Assembly (NCBI GenBank): GCA_028688415.1
Contig: JAQTYF010000001.1
Location: 400,627-464,626, forward strand
Length of the DNA stretch: 64,000 nucleotides
Direction: 5' to 3'
DNA from: Candidatus Moraniibacteriota bacterium
Lineage (GTDB): Bacteria; Patescibacteriota; Minisyncoccia; Moranbacterales; UBA1568
Part shown: one piece after another, positions 17,789-28,260 of the stretch
Layout of the letters: each line of letters opens with the position of its first letter
How positions within the stretch are numbered: position 1 is the stretch's first letter
Made by a program: the position numbers and the translations under genes
Notes under the pieces: generated by a model
Seen by the model: only the letters and a program-made list of their open reading frames with translations
Databases searched by the model: none
Told to the model about the DNA's origin: nothing

Positions 17789-20437
17789 TTATTTCCCATG
17801 GCACTTCTTGTATTTCTTTCCTGAACCACACGGACAAGGATCATTACGATTGGTAACGTTCTGATTGATGATTGGTTTTTGTATCACTTCCGATTCTTGT
17901 TGGTTATTATTTGTTATTTGTTTGCTGTTTTGAAATTGTTCAATACTTTCATTGGCTCCAGAAAATCGTATTTCACGAGGCGATACTTTCTGAGCCATAT
18001 TCTCTCCCGAACCGATTTTGAGAATGGTCAAGAGATACGTCTTTCTCACGGTGTCCATCAGTCCGAGGAAGAGATCATACGCTTCACGTTTGTACTCGAT
18101 AAGCGGATCACGCTGACCGTAGCCACGCAGTCCGATACCCTGACGGAGATAATCTATCTCATCGAGATGATTCATCCACAGCGTATCGAGCGAACGGAGA
18201 TAGAGTGCTTTCTGTATACCATTCCATGTTTCTTTTCCGAGTGCTGATTCTTTCAGGCTATAGACTTTCTTGGCCTCACCCATGAGATATTCGAGGATGA
18301 GACTTTTCTTCTCGAGCTCATCTTTGGAACGATCATCTCGAATACTCTCGAGATGTTTCACTGTTTCTTTCTCATCGAGCGTCGGGAACATACCATTTGC
18401 TTCCACGGCAACTTCAGAGACATTCCATACCGCTTCCTCACTCGCTGTATGAAAACTGATGATATGATCGAGTTCTTCGGAGAGGAGATTGAGCGTCTCA
18501 TCACGGAATGCTTCAAGTTCGAGTACATTTTTTCTTTTTCGATAAACCACTTCACGTTGTTTGTTCATCACATCATCATATTCGAGAACGTGTTTACGCA
18601 TATCAAAGTTAAATCCTTCGATTTTTGATTGAGCACTTTCGATTGTTTTGGAGATCAGTCCATTCTGAATAGGCTCATCCTCAGGGAGTCCGAGCGTTGT
18701 CATCATACTTTTCATCTTCTCCCCACCAAATCGTCGCATAAGCTCATCTTCGAGTGACACATAGAATTGCGATGCGCCAGGATCACCCTGACGTCCTGCA
18801 CGACCACGAAGCTGATTGTCGATACGACGCGCTTCGTGACGCTCAGTACCGATGATGAAGAGTCCTCCAACTTCTCGTACACCATCACCAAGCTTGATAT
18901 CCGTACCACGACCAGCCATATTGGTAGCGATAGTGACAGAGCCCAGATGTCCGGCATTGGCGACGATAGAAGCTTCACGTTCATGATTCTTGGCATTGAG
19001 CACTTCGTGTGGCACACCTTCACGTGTCAGAAGAGCACTCAGATGTTCAGATTTTTCGATAGCGATAGTACCGATGAGTGCTGGCTGTCCAAGAGCATGG
19101 ATTTCTTTCACCCGGTTGGCTATGGCACGATATTTTGCTTCTTCTGTTTTGTAGATGATATCAGGCAGATCCTTACGGATGAGTATTTTGTTCGTTGGAA
19201 TTTCCACGACATCGAGCTTATACACCTTGGCAAACTCCTCTGCTGAAGTGAGGGCTGTACCCGTCATCCCTGATAATTTATTGTAGAGACGGAAATAGTT
19301 TTGAAATGTAATCGTAGCAAGCGTCCGAGATTCACGTTGCACCGGAACACCTTCTTTGGCCTCGATAGCCTGATGAAGCCCCTCACTATATCGACGTCCT
19401 GGCATGAGGCGTCCAGTAAAATCATCTACAATAATCACTTCTCCATCCTTCACGACATAATCTCGGTCAAGACTAAAAATAATTTGGGCTTTGAGCGATT
19501 GTTCGAGATGATGGACGTACTCAATATTTCCTGATGTATAGATATTCCCCATTCCAAGAAGCTTCTCCACATGATTCATTCCTTCATCAGTCAGTGTCAC
19601 TACTTTCATTTTTTCATCCACGATATAGTCTTTTTCTTTACTCAGTTGTGGAACAATACGGGCAAAACGCTCATACATCTTGGTGGATTCACTGTCTGGA
19701 GCAGAAATAATAAGTGGCGTACGTGCTTCATCGATAAGAATCGAATCGACTTCATCAACGACCGCAAAGTTGAGTTCTCTTTGTGTCATCTCAGCACGAT
19801 CCGCGACCATATTGTCACGCAGATAATCAAAACCAAATTCATTATTCGTACCATAAGTAATATCTGACACATAAGCTTCTCGACGCGTCACAGGAATAAG
19901 ATTGGCCATCTCTACACTCACACTGTCTGTATCAGAAATATTTGATTCATAACGATAAGAAGTATTTTGTCCGACAATACAACCCGTCGTGAGACCGAGT
20001 GCTTCATAGACTTGTCCCATCCAATTACAGTCACGCTTGGCGAGATAATCATTGACGGTCACAACATGAACACCTTTGCCTGAAAGAGCATTCAAATAAA
20101 TAGGAAGCGTCGAAGTGAGTGTTTTTCCTTCGCCCGTCTTCATCTCAGCGATTCTTCCATGATGGAGAGCAATACCTCCGAGCATCTGTACGTCATAATG
20201 ACGCTCACCAATGACTCGTCCTGCCACTTCTCGAACAACCGCAAATGCTTCCGGGAGAATATCATCGAGTGTTTCTCCTTGGGTCAATCGTTCTCGAAAT
20301 AACTGCGCCTTTCCTTTCAAATCCTCCTCTGAGAGAAGACGAAGAGGTTCATCGAAAACATTAATTTTTGCAATAAGCGGACGGAATTTGTTGACTTCTC
20401 GTTCGTTAGAACCGAACAATTTCTCTAAAAATGACAT
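17789..20437 (-). CDS. secA: Preprotein translocase ATPase SecA
   Basis: AEMKTGEGKT, VDEVDSILIDEARTPLIIS, TNMAGRGTDI, C-terminal RNDPCPCGSGKKYKKCHG. Confidence 0.99.
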   Translation of the reverse strand: MSFLEKLFGSNEREVNKFRPLIAKINVFDEPLRLLSEEDLKGKAQLFRERLTQGETLDDILPEAFAVVREVAGRVIGERHYDVQMLGGIALHHGRIAEMKTGEGKTLTSTLPIYLNALSGKGVHVVTVNDYLAKRDCNWMGQVYEALGLTTGCIVGQNTSYRYESNISDTDSVSVEMANLIPVTRREAYVSDITYGTNNEFGFDYLRDNMVADRAEMTQRELNFAVVDEVDSILIDEARTPLIISAPDSESTKMYERFARIVPQLSKEKDYIVDEKMKVVTLTDEGMNHVEKLLGMGNIYTSGNIEYVHHLEQSLKAQIIFSLDRDYVVKDGEVIIVDDFTGRLMPGRRYSEGLHQAIEAKEGVPVQRESRTLATITFQNYFRLYNKLSGMTGTALTSAEEFAKVYKLDVVEIPTNKILIRKDLPDIIYKTEEAKYRAIANRVKEIHALGQPALIGTIAIEKSEHLSALLTREGVPHEVLNAKNHEREASIVANAGHLGSVTIATNMAGRGTDIKLGDGVREVGGLFIIGTERHEARRIDNQLRGRAGRQGDPGASQFYVSLEDELMRRFGGEKMKSMMTTLGLPEDEPIQNGLISKTIESAQSKIEGFNFDMRKHVLEYDDVMNKQREVVYRKRKNVLELEAFRDETLNLLSEELDHIISFHTASEEAVWNVSEVAVEANGMFPTLDEKETVKHLESIRDDRSKDELEKKSLILEYLMGEAKKVYSLKESALGKETWNGIQKALYLRSLDTLWMNHLDEIDYLRQGIGLRGYGQRDPLIEYKREAYDLFLGLMDTVRKTYLLTILKIGSGENMAQKVSPREIRFSGANESIEQFQNSKQITNNNQQESEVIQKPIINQNVTNRNDPCPCGSGKKYKKCHGK

Positions 20438-20522
20438 AGTTTATGGCTTTAAAAAAGGAAAATATACCACTCTATTCTAGCAGAAATACACGATGTCGTC
20501 AAAAGCATTTTTTGTGTTTTAT

Positions 20523-21257
20523 TCACGAACGAGTCAGATAATAATCGAGGGTGTAGATCCAATTTTCATCATTTTCTCCCCCATTCTCTCTCGTCATAAT
20601 CTTCTGGTTGAGCATCCAACTGATATAAGGAGCATCTTCCACTGCTATCTCGCTCACTTTTCTTCCGGTATATTTTCCGAAGGTAAACGTATTAAAAAGA
20701 ATCGGTCGCGACGAAATCTCGATCATTGTTTCGAGTATTTTCTCTTCGTCCTCGATTGTTCCAGACATTTTCTGAAAGAAAAAATCGAACAGTTTTTGCA
20801 AGACACGGACATCTCCGAGAGCGCTATGAGCGAGAGCATCATCGACGTCGAGATCATAATAATACCGCAGATACTGAAGACTCTTTCTCGGCACTGTTTC
20901 CTCTGGATCAAGGTGATGTGCGAGTTTGAACGTATCAATGAAGCGTTCAATCACAAGACCTTCTCGCGTGAGCATCGATATATCGAATGGAGCGTTGTGA
21001 GCTACCACTATATTTCCTACCGAAAAAATATCATGAAGATCTGTATGCATTTGAGAAGACGCAAATGGTTCACAGTTTATCACTGTCTTGTTTGTAATAT
21101 GTGTCACGACCATCGCATCGATAGTAATAGGAATTGGTGGCTTGAAAAGTGATTCATGTTCACTGCCATCAAAAGCATATGCTATTTGACAGAGCCTATC
21201 TTCCCTTCCGGTTCCAGTTGTTTCCGTATCGAGAAAAATGAGATTGTTTCTGTTCAT
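20523..21257 (-). CDS. DEDDh 3'-5' exonuclease (ExoX/DnaQ-like)
   Basis: FLDTETTG, VAHNAPFD, AHSALGDV, C-terminal FTFGKYTG; start ATG 21257. Confidence 0.9.
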   Translation of the reverse strand: MNRNNLIFLDTETTGTGREDRLCQIAYAFDGSEHESLFKPPIPITIDAMVVTHITNKTVINCEPFASSQMHTDLHDIFSVGNIVVAHNAPFDISMLTREGLVIERFIDTFKLAHHLDPEETVPRKSLQYLRYYYDLDVDDALAHSALGDVRVLQKLFDFFFQKMSGTIEDEEKILETMIEISSRPILFNTFTFGKYTGRKVSEIAVEDAPYISWMLNQKIMTRENGGENDENWIYTLDYYLTRS

Positions 21258-21270
21258 AACTTGAGTAATA

Positions 21271-21561
21271 TTACGGATGAGAAATATGGGTGTAAAGTAG
21301 ATAAAGCACAGCGCTGTTTTCAAAAATAAGCATCGGAATACCGATCAGAAAATACCATTTACGTGTCTTGTGTCGGAATACGAACATCCCTGCATAGACC
21401 CCAATGCTCCCAAACATCGTGGCAAGAAAAAAGAGTATTCCTTCAGAAATTCGTTCCGCTCCTGTTTTTTTCGAACGTGATTTATCCCAAAACATACAAA
21501 GAAAAGCTCCGAGATTTATGAGAGAAAAAACAATAAGGATGGAAGGTAATGGTGAATACAT
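21271..21561 (-). CDS. DUF1294 family membrane protein
   Basis: DKSRS...RISE...GSIG...GMFVFRHKTRK. Confidence 0.85.
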   Translation of the reverse strand: MYSPLPSILIVFSLINLGAFLCMFWDKSRSKKTGAERISEGILFFLATMFGSIGVYAGMFVFRHKTRKWYFLIGIPMLIFENSAVLYLLYTHISHP

Positions 21562-21566
21562 TATTT

Positions 21567-21839
21567 TTATAATTCTTTTACTCTCTTTTTTTGTATCATA
21601 TCAAGCTTCTCCAATCGAGAACATTTCTTGATACGATATTCTTCTTTAGATGCGAGGGATCGATCAGAAAATATGTGTGAAAAAATGAGTTTCACTGGCC
21701 TCCGACTCCTCGTATATTTTGCTCCCAGTGTCGAACTATTATGCTCATCAACTCTTCGAATAAGATCCGTTGTAATACCCGTGTAGAATGTATCGTCTGA
21801 ACATTTCAGAATATAGAGATAATAACATATTTTTTTCAT
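21567..21839 (-). CDS. GIY-YIG nuclease family protein (UPF0213-like)
   Basis: YLYILKCSDDTFYTGITTDLIRRVDEHN...GAKYTRSRRPV...EYRIKK. Confidence 0.9.
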   Translation of the reverse strand: MKKICYYLYILKCSDDTFYTGITTDLIRRVDEHNSSTLGAKYTRSRRPVKLIFSHIFSDRSLASKEEYRIKKCSRLEKLDMIQKKRVKEL

Positions 21840-21967
21840 CCCATTTATCATCAATATTCTAAAAGTATAGCACGGTCTCGCTTGCTCTGAAAAATATTGT
21901 AATAAAGAAACGAGTCTCCCGTGCAAAAGAAGACTCGTTTCTGTTTGTATTTTTTGATCGTCTCTAT

Positions 21968-22318
21968 CTAGAAACGAGCGGCAGCATCGACGACAAGCTT
22001 CTTCTTGATAGAACGTTTCCCACGTAATTTCAAATCATGAAGTTTATTTTTTTTCTTGACAATTTGTGCTTCGAGTTCATCAATGACGGTATCAGTCGAA
22101 CCTTCGATACTTTCTGTCACTTCTTCTGCGCGATACATTTGATGAGGAGTCTTGACCATCACTTCGACACGAAACTTTCCTTTCTTGTCCTGACTCACTT
22201 CGATTTCAAACAATGTGACTGCATCAACGAATTTTTCTATTCTTCCGATGCGTTTGATAATATATTTCCTCATCTTTTCATTCACCTCTATGCCCTTGAA
22301 CAAAAATCGCATATTCAT
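21968..22318 (-). CDS. hpf: Ribosome hibernation factor (HPF/RaiA)
   Basis: KGIEVNEKMRKYI...FRVEVMV...YRAEE...DELEAQIVKKK; next to secA as is common. Confidence 0.8.
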   Translation of the reverse strand: MNMRFLFKGIEVNEKMRKYIIKRIGRIEKFVDAVTLFEIEVSQDKKGKFRVEVMVKTPHQMYRAEEVTESIEGSTDTVIDELEAQIVKKKNKLHDLKLRGKRSIKKKLVVDAAARF

Positions 22319-22362
22319 ATCTTTGTGTCTTAAAGGATTATACCTCTAGTATATCACACTCT

Positions 22363-22560
22363 CTAGAGACCATAAGCACTTGAAAGAGAGCTCAGAAAAT
22401 ACGGTATGACAAACATCAGTCCGATGAGGGGAAGAAAAAATGTTATAACAGTACCAATGAGTGTCCACAAAAAATATTTTCGCGTTTTTTCAACCGATAT
22501 ATAGATACGGTCTAATTTCTCATCTTGCATTCGCAATTTTTGATTGATTTCCTCGTCCAT
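22363..22560 (-). CDS. Small membrane protein
   Basis: 65-aa ORF with short coiled coil and hydrophobic C-terminus (SVEKTRKYFLWTLI). Confidence 0.65.
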   Translation of the reverse strand: MDEEINQKLRMQDEKLDRIYISVEKTRKYFLWTLIGTVITFFLPLIGLMFVIPYFLSSLSSAYGL

Positions 22561-22580
22561 ATTCGTACTCTTTAAAAAAA

Positions 22581-23510
22581 TTAGAGACCAATAAATTGTA
22601 CTTCTTCCTTGAGACGTACACCAAGTTCATCGCGTACCCGAGTTTTGATGAGACTCGCAAGCATCAGCACATCTTCTGCTGTTGCGCTTCCCGTATTGAC
22701 GAGATAATTCGGATGTTGTTTGCTCACCATTGCGCCACCGATTTTCTTTCCACGAAGACCAGCATGATCGATGAGCCATCCAGCTGGCAATTTCCCATCT
22801 TTGGAAGGACTACCCGTATCTTTTTCAAATTCCTGTAACAGATGTGTATCTCTGATGAGAGGATTCATGAAAAATGATCCGGCACACTGAGCTTTCTGTG
22901 AGTGTTTTGCTTCACGTGAGGCGATAGTTTCGTTTGCAGTTTTCATCAGATGTTCCGCGTTGCCACATTCTAGACGAAGATCAGCAGAAATAATAATAAG
23001 ACTCGGATTTTTTTTGAAGATACTGGTGCGATATCCGAAAGCACATTTCTCTCGTGGATATTCTTGAAGCATACCGCTCGTCATCGAATAAACTTTGACT
23101 GAGTGTACAACACTACCAATTTCGACACCAAATGCCCCCGCATTCCCACGAATAGCTCCACCAAGTGATCCAGGTATACCAGCAAGTTTCTCCATACCCG
23201 ACAGACCAGCGCTACACGCCGTATGTACCACATCGAGAAGCGACACACCAGCACCACAGAGTATCTTTTCTCCAGAGATTTTTATCGTCTTATCAGTCAT
23301 CTGAATGACCATCCCATCGAATCCTTTGTCTGAGAAAAGTATATTACTTCCTCCACTAAAGATACAGAGAGAAAGGCCATTATTCTCAGCATATTCAACT
23401 GCCGAAGCGAGTTCGAGTGCTCCATTCACTTTCGTGAAATAGTTTGCTTTTCCTCCGATATGGAATGTGGTGAACGGTGCAAGAGCGACATTTCTTTGTA
23501 CGGTGAACAT
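22581..23510 (-). CDS. murB: UDP-N-acetylenolpyruvoylglucosamine reductase
   Basis: TTFHIGG, GGSNIL, GIPGSLGGAIRGNAGAFG, AGSFFMNP, HPNYLVN. Confidence 0.96.
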   Translation of the reverse strand: MFTVQRNVALAPFTTFHIGGKANYFTKVNGALELASAVEYAENNGLSLCIFSGGSNILFSDKGFDGMVIQMTDKTIKISGEKILCGAGVSLLDVVHTACSAGLSGMEKLAGIPGSLGGAIRGNAGAFGVEIGSVVHSVKVYSMTSGMLQEYPREKCAFGYRTSIFKKNPSLIIISADLRLECGNAEHLMKTANETIASREAKHSQKAQCAGSFFMNPLIRDTHLLQEFEKDTGSPSKDGKLPAGWLIDHAGLRGKKIGGAMVSKQHPNYLVNTGSATAEDVLMLASLIKTRVRDELGVRLKEEVQFIGL

Positions 23511-23570
23511 ATATTTGAAAAAGATAGTAGATGAGTGATAAGAGATAATTGATGAAAGAGAAAATACAAA

Positions 23571-23675
23571 CTACTTCGTTGGGAATTCTCTACTGATTTT
23601 GTAAACAAGTAGTGCTCGCTGATGTGCCTCTTGCCAAGCGAATAGATCTTGAAATTTTTTTATCCTCTCTTCCAT
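23571..23675 (-). pseudogene. Truncated four-helix-bundle protein (23S rRNA IVP/Avd-like) remnant
   Basis: MEERIKKFQDLFAWQEAHQRALLVYKISREFPTK* matches the family N-terminus (F.DL.AWQ.A..L...VY..T..FP..E); the rest is missing. Confidence 0.7.
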
Positions 23676-23742
23676 ATTTTTTCTATTTTTCTTTTTTGTC
23701 CATCTTTTTTATTCTCTCTCATCCTGCATCCTGCATCATGTA

Positions 23743-25188
23743 TCACTTATCACCTACTCTCGCCAAATGATGAGAGATTTCCCAGACATTCCCAGCTCCT
23801 AGTGTTATGATAACATCTTGTCGTCCCATTGTCTCTTCCAAATGTTCGATCACTGCTTCTTGTGATGGAACATATGTCGCTTTCCCGGGAACAAACTGGT
23901 TGATACGTGATACGAGTTCAAGAGATGATACGCCTCCTTGTTCTTCTCGTGCACTTCCATAAATATCGAGAATGTATACTTCATCAGCTGAATCAAAACT
24001 CTGCGAAAACTCTGCAAGGAGCGCTTTGGTACGAGTGAATGTATGTGGATGAAAAACAACTCTCAATCGGCGTTTTGGGTAGAGTTCGCGAAAAGCTCGG
24101 AGTGTCACGATGATTTCCTCCGGATGATGAGCATAGTCATCGTAGAGAAGTGTTCCATACCGTTCACCGATATATTCGAAACGTCGTTCCGTTCCTGAAA
24201 ATTTCTCGAATGCTCTGCGAATTCGCTCGATGTCTTGTTTGAGATACGAGCAAAGTGCCAATACCGCGACTGCATTCTCAGTATTATGAGCACCAGCAAG
24301 CTGAAGAGAAAATTGGCCCAGTGATTGATTTTTTGTCGTAACGGTAAACGTTTGTTTCGGCATATTCTTCTCAAAGACAAATCCCATCTGTGCTGGTGTA
24401 AATTGATCGATATGAAAATCTGCTCCTGGGAGGAATCCGTAAGAAATTTTCTGACAGGTAGCAACCTCTGCAACATTCACTACTGATGACAAATCATTGC
24501 AATATACAAGAACGCCATGCTTTGGAATACGAGCCACAAAGTCCTTAAATACCTGTTCGTATTGTTCCTTCGTTGCAAAAAAATCAGGATGATCAAAATC
24601 GACACTCGTCAGAATGACACAGAATGGCGTATATTCTGCAAGCTTGTTTTGATATTCATCTGCTTCAAGTACAAGAAATTCTCCACTCCCCGCAAGTGCA
24701 TTGCCTTCCCAATTCAAAATTCGACTTCCGACAATAGCCGAAGGGTCGGATCCAGTCATCTTGAGCGTTTCTGCAAGGAGAGCACTTGTTGTTGTTTTTC
24801 CGTGTGTTCCACATACTGCGAGTGTCATTTTCTCTCGAGTCAGCATTCCGAGTGCTTGCGGATAACTGAGCACCGGAACACCCAGAGTGAAAGCAAAAGC
24901 CAGTTCAGAATTCTTTTCTTTTGAATATGCGGTGGAATAAATAACAGCTTCGACATTCGATGGAATATTCTTGGCATCGAATTGCTCTGCATACTGTATC
25001 TGCCATTTCTGTAACAATGCATCAGTAAAAAATACTTCTGATGTATCTGATCCCGTCACGATTATTCCTTGCTTCGTGAGCAATTCGGCCAAAGCTGTCA
25101 TACCGGCACCTTTGATGCCGATCATATGTATCTTTCTGAAATGAGAGAGTCGTTCTGTCATAACCAGTGTTGAGGATTTCTCCTTCAT
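23743..25188 (-). CDS. murC: UDP-N-acetylmuramate--L-alanine ligase
   Basis: HMIGIKGAGM, GTHGKTTT, EADEY, DDYAHHPEEI, FHPHTFTRT. Confidence 0.96.
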   Translation of the reverse strand: MKEKSSTLVMTERLSHFRKIHMIGIKGAGMTALAELLTKQGIIVTGSDTSEVFFTDALLQKWQIQYAEQFDAKNIPSNVEAVIYSTAYSKEKNSELAFAFTLGVPVLSYPQALGMLTREKMTLAVCGTHGKTTTSALLAETLKMTGSDPSAIVGSRILNWEGNALAGSGEFLVLEADEYQNKLAEYTPFCVILTSVDFDHPDFFATKEQYEQVFKDFVARIPKHGVLVYCNDLSSVVNVAEVATCQKISYGFLPGADFHIDQFTPAQMGFVFEKNMPKQTFTVTTKNQSLGQFSLQLAGAHNTENAVAVLALCSYLKQDIERIRRAFEKFSGTERRFEYIGERYGTLLYDDYAHHPEEIIVTLRAFRELYPKRRLRVVFHPHTFTRTKALLAEFSQSFDSADEVYILDIYGSAREEQGGVSSLELVSRINQFVPGKATYVPSQEAVIEHLEETMGRQDVIITLGAGNVWEISHHLARVGDK

Positions 25189-26324
25189 TTATTCATTGCG
25201 ATTTCATAGATACCAGACACGATAGTTTCTGTAGCGTCAGCGTGATAAAACGGTGCTAATTTTTTTCCCATAGATTCGCGAAGTTCTGGTGAGGATAAAA
25301 GTTTCTCTATATTTTCCAACAAGATATTCTCTCCGATATTGTCCTCTTCCAACACAAGCGCTCCACCGAGGGCCGCAACATCATACGCATTCATCCTTTG
25401 TTCATCATTTGCGGCTCCCAAAAGAGGAATAAGAATTGATGCTTTCTCTGTAGCAGCCAATTCAGAAATAGAACCAGCTCCCGATCGAGAAAGAACAAGT
25501 GTTGCTCCCTTGAGAGCATCTGCCAATTCCAATACCGAAAGAAAAGCTCTCGGCACATATCCCGATACACCAATTTTGATACCATATGCTTCGACAGAAG
25601 CAACAATACTCTCGTAATTTTTTGTTCCAGTCTGATGAATGACTTGGATATTCTTCTCAAGAAGTTTTGGTAAGATACGAAGCAATGCAATATTGATCGC
25701 TTGAGCTCCTTGACTCCCTCCAAAAATAAGTATTGTCGGTTTCTCAAGCGAGAGTGAAAATGTCGATACAAATCGATTGGCATCACCTAAAAGAATTTCT
25801 TCTCGAATAGGATTGCCTGTGAGCACTGTTTTATGTGCCGGGAAAAAATCATGAGCACTCGGATATGCGATAGCGATACGTGTCGCAAACGTAGACAAGA
25901 ATCGATTGGCGCGACCAGCAACGGCATCGGAATCATGAAGCAAAATCGGTATTCTATAGACCCACGCAGCGAGCACTACTGGTACAGAAGCTGCACCTCC
26001 TTTGGAAAAAACTGCGTCCGGCATAAAAATCCATAGATGCCACAATGCCTGCACAAATCCGACAGGTATTTTGAAAGGATCAATCAAGTTCTGCAAAGAA
26101 AAATACCGACGATATTTTCCTGTCCAGACAGATTTCATCGGAATCCCCTCCTGCTTCATAGCATCATTTTCAAAACTCCCTTCCGAACCGATAAAGAGAA
26201 GTTCTACACCGTTTCCCAAGTCAGATGGGAATTTATTACGGAGAGCACGAGCGACGGCAATCAAAGGAAATGTATGGCCTCCAGAAAGCCCTCCTGTCAA
26301 AACGATGCGTGGAATATCGTTCAT
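25185..26324 (-). CDS. murG: Lipid II GlcNAc transferase
   Basis: TGGLSGGHTFP, FSKGG, TGNPIR, FGGSQGA, SRSGAGSISE; start ATG 26324. Confidence 0.95.
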   Translation of the reverse strand: MNDIPRIVLTGGLSGGHTFPLIAVARALRNKFPSDLGNGVELLFIGSEGSFENDAMKQEGIPMKSVWTGKYRRYFSLQNLIDPFKIPVGFVQALWHLWIFMPDAVFSKGGAASVPVVLAAWVYRIPILLHDSDAVAGRANRFLSTFATRIAIAYPSAHDFFPAHKTVLTGNPIREEILLGDANRFVSTFSLSLEKPTILIFGGSQGAQAINIALLRILPKLLEKNIQVIHQTGTKNYESIVASVEAYGIKIGVSGYVPRAFLSVLELADALKGATLVLSRSGAGSISELAATEKASILIPLLGAANDEQRMNAYDVAALGGALVLEEDNIGENILLENIEKLLSSPELRESMGKKLAPFYHADATETIVSGIYEIAMNK

Positions 26325-26445
26325 AAAAAAGATAATTGAAACAAATAATCGATGTGTGATATAAGAAAAAATATGCTTTGCTTTTCTTGTTTTCTGCCTG
26401 CTTCGACTAAGATTTTCTATCACAAGATGGGTCACTTCTCCCACA

Positions 26446-27546
26446 TCATCTTGTACTTAGTGTAGAATGTTTGGATATATTAAGCAAGATTCCTATTGAT
26501 GCAAGAAGTACCACAAGTGATGTTCCCCCATAGCTGATAAATGGAAGAGAAATACCCGTCAGAGGTATGAGTCCGCTAATCGCTGACATGTTGATGAAAG
26601 CCTGCAACACAACCCAAGAAACGATACCGACAGCGAGCAGCTTTCCAAACTCATCTGGTGCAGAAAGGGCAATACGTATCCCTCTCCAAGCGATAAAAAG
26701 AAAGAGAGAGATCACTATCGTTGTTCCGAGAAAACCAAATTCTTCTCCAAGCACAGCAAAAATAGAGTCTGTTACTGGTTCAGGAAGGTAGTTGAATTTC
26801 TGACGACTCTGACCCAACCCTGCCCCAAAAAATCCACCGGACCCAAGGGCAAGAAGTGCCTGCATCATTTGATAGCCGGCTCCTTGCGAATCATATTCTG
26901 GATTGAGAAAAACCAAGAAGCGCTCCATCCGATAAGGGGCAATACGAATGAGAACAAAAAGAGAGAACAGACCGAGTAAGAAAAGGGAAACAATATGTTT
27001 CATATTCGCTCCTGATGCAAAAAAAATCGAAAGGGCGATAAGAAAGATAAGTCCGAGTGTTCCCGTATCTGGTTGTTTGATAATAAGGAATCCGACAAGG
27101 GAAAGAATAGCAAGAAAAGGTACGAAACCTTCAAAAAGATCTGCCGTCTTTTTTTGTGTCCTTTGTGAGAGCCAAGCCGCGAGATAGAGAATGATAGAAA
27201 GTTTCATCACTTCTGAAGGCTGAAAAGATATGGGTCCGATCTCCACCCAACGCGTTGCTCCATACACCGAGGTACCAAATCCTGGAATAAAAACCAATAT
27301 AAGCAGTCCGAGTGCCACAACAAATATAGGAACAACAAATCGTCTCCACACTCGATAATCGATACGCGAGAAAATATACAAAAGAATAAGTCCGATACCC
27401 AGTCCGAATAATTGCTCTTTAAAAAAATAGTAGGCATCCCCAAAACGCGTCCTGCCATAGAGCACACCTGCACTCGCGATCATGAGCAGTCCAATACCGA
27501 GAAGAATGAGGACAGCAATTAAGAGTGATCGATCGAGAGACTTCAT
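26446..27546 (-). CDS. ftsW: SEDS peptidoglycan polymerase FtsW
   Basis: GATRW, FQPSE, QPDTGT, YLPEPVTDSIFA, LPFISYGGTS; adjacent to murG. Confidence 0.93.
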   Translation of the reverse strand: MKSLDRSLLIAVLILLGIGLLMIASAGVLYGRTRFGDAYYFFKEQLFGLGIGLILLYIFSRIDYRVWRRFVVPIFVVALGLLILVFIPGFGTSVYGATRWVEIGPISFQPSEVMKLSIILYLAAWLSQRTQKKTADLFEGFVPFLAILSLVGFLIIKQPDTGTLGLIFLIALSIFFASGANMKHIVSLFLLGLFSLFVLIRIAPYRMERFLVFLNPEYDSQGAGYQMMQALLALGSGGFFGAGLGQSRQKFNYLPEPVTDSIFAVLGEEFGFLGTTIVISLFLFIAWRGIRIALSAPDEFGKLLAVGIVSWVVLQAFINMSAISGLIPLTGISLPFISYGGTSLVVLLASIGILLNISKHSTLSTR

Positions 27547-28235
27547 ATCGTTTGTGTATTTTTTTTCTCACTCATCTTGTGTGATTGTTCTGCTCTCCAT
27601 TTTTCTATTGCTCCATGATTCCCTGAAAGAAGTACCTCCGGCACCCTGTGTTCACGAAAAATTTCTGGCTTCGTATACTGAGGATATTCTACGACACCCT
27701 CTATCGAATGAGATTCTGTTTTTGAACTTTCTTCATTACCCAGTACTCCAGGTAAGAGTCGAGAAACAGCATCCACGACTACCATAGCAGGTATTTCTCC
27801 CCCGGTCAGCACATAGTTCCCAATAGAGAATTCTTCATCAATAAAATTTTCCACCACTCGTTCATCCACTCCCTCATATCGTCCACAAATCAGAATGAGT
27901 CGATTATACCCTGTAAGACGTTTGGCATCAGCTTGTGTAAAGGTTTTCCCCTTGGCAGAAAAAAGTATTGTCCTTGTTTTCTGTTGACTGTTATCTGTTT
28001 GTTGTTGATTGACAATGGTCTCAATAGCTTCTGCGATCGGTTCTACCTTCAGAAGCATCCCCGCTCCACCACCATACGGTGTATCATCAACTGTCTTATG
28101 CTTATCATGAGTATAGTCACGTATATTATGCGTATGGATAGTGATGAGACCATCTTCCTGCGCCCGTTTCAAAATAGACACACCAAAATACGATGTGAAG
28201 CTTTCGGGAAAAAGTGAGAGAATATCGAAATGCAT
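27543..28235 (-). CDS. trmD: tRNA (guanine37-N1)-methyltransferase
   Basis: VDDTPYGGGAGM, ICGRYEGVDER, SIGNYVLTGGEIP, VLLSGNH. Confidence 0.97.
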   Translation of the reverse strand: MHFDILSLFPESFTSYFGVSILKRAQEDGLITIHTHNIRDYTHDKHKTVDDTPYGGGAGMLLKVEPIAEAIETIVNQQQTDNSQQKTRTILFSAKGKTFTQADAKRLTGYNRLILICGRYEGVDERVVENFIDEEFSIGNYVLTGGEIPAMVVVDAVSRLLPGVLGNEESSKTESHSIEGVVEYPQYTKPEIFREHRVPEVLLSGNHGAIEKWRAEQSHKMSEKKNTQTI

Positions 28236-28260
28236 TTTACTAAAAAACACAAGTTATAAT

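Noticed and set aside
21567-21839. GIY-YIG nuclease as the mobiliser of the palindromic repeats
   Set aside because: Not flanked by any of the repeats and looks like the ordinary UPF0213 family; no evidence links them
23571-23675. Avd-like fragment as evidence of a diversity-generating retroelement
   Set aside because: No reverse transcriptase and no template/variable repeat pair with adenine-specific mismatches seen in the window
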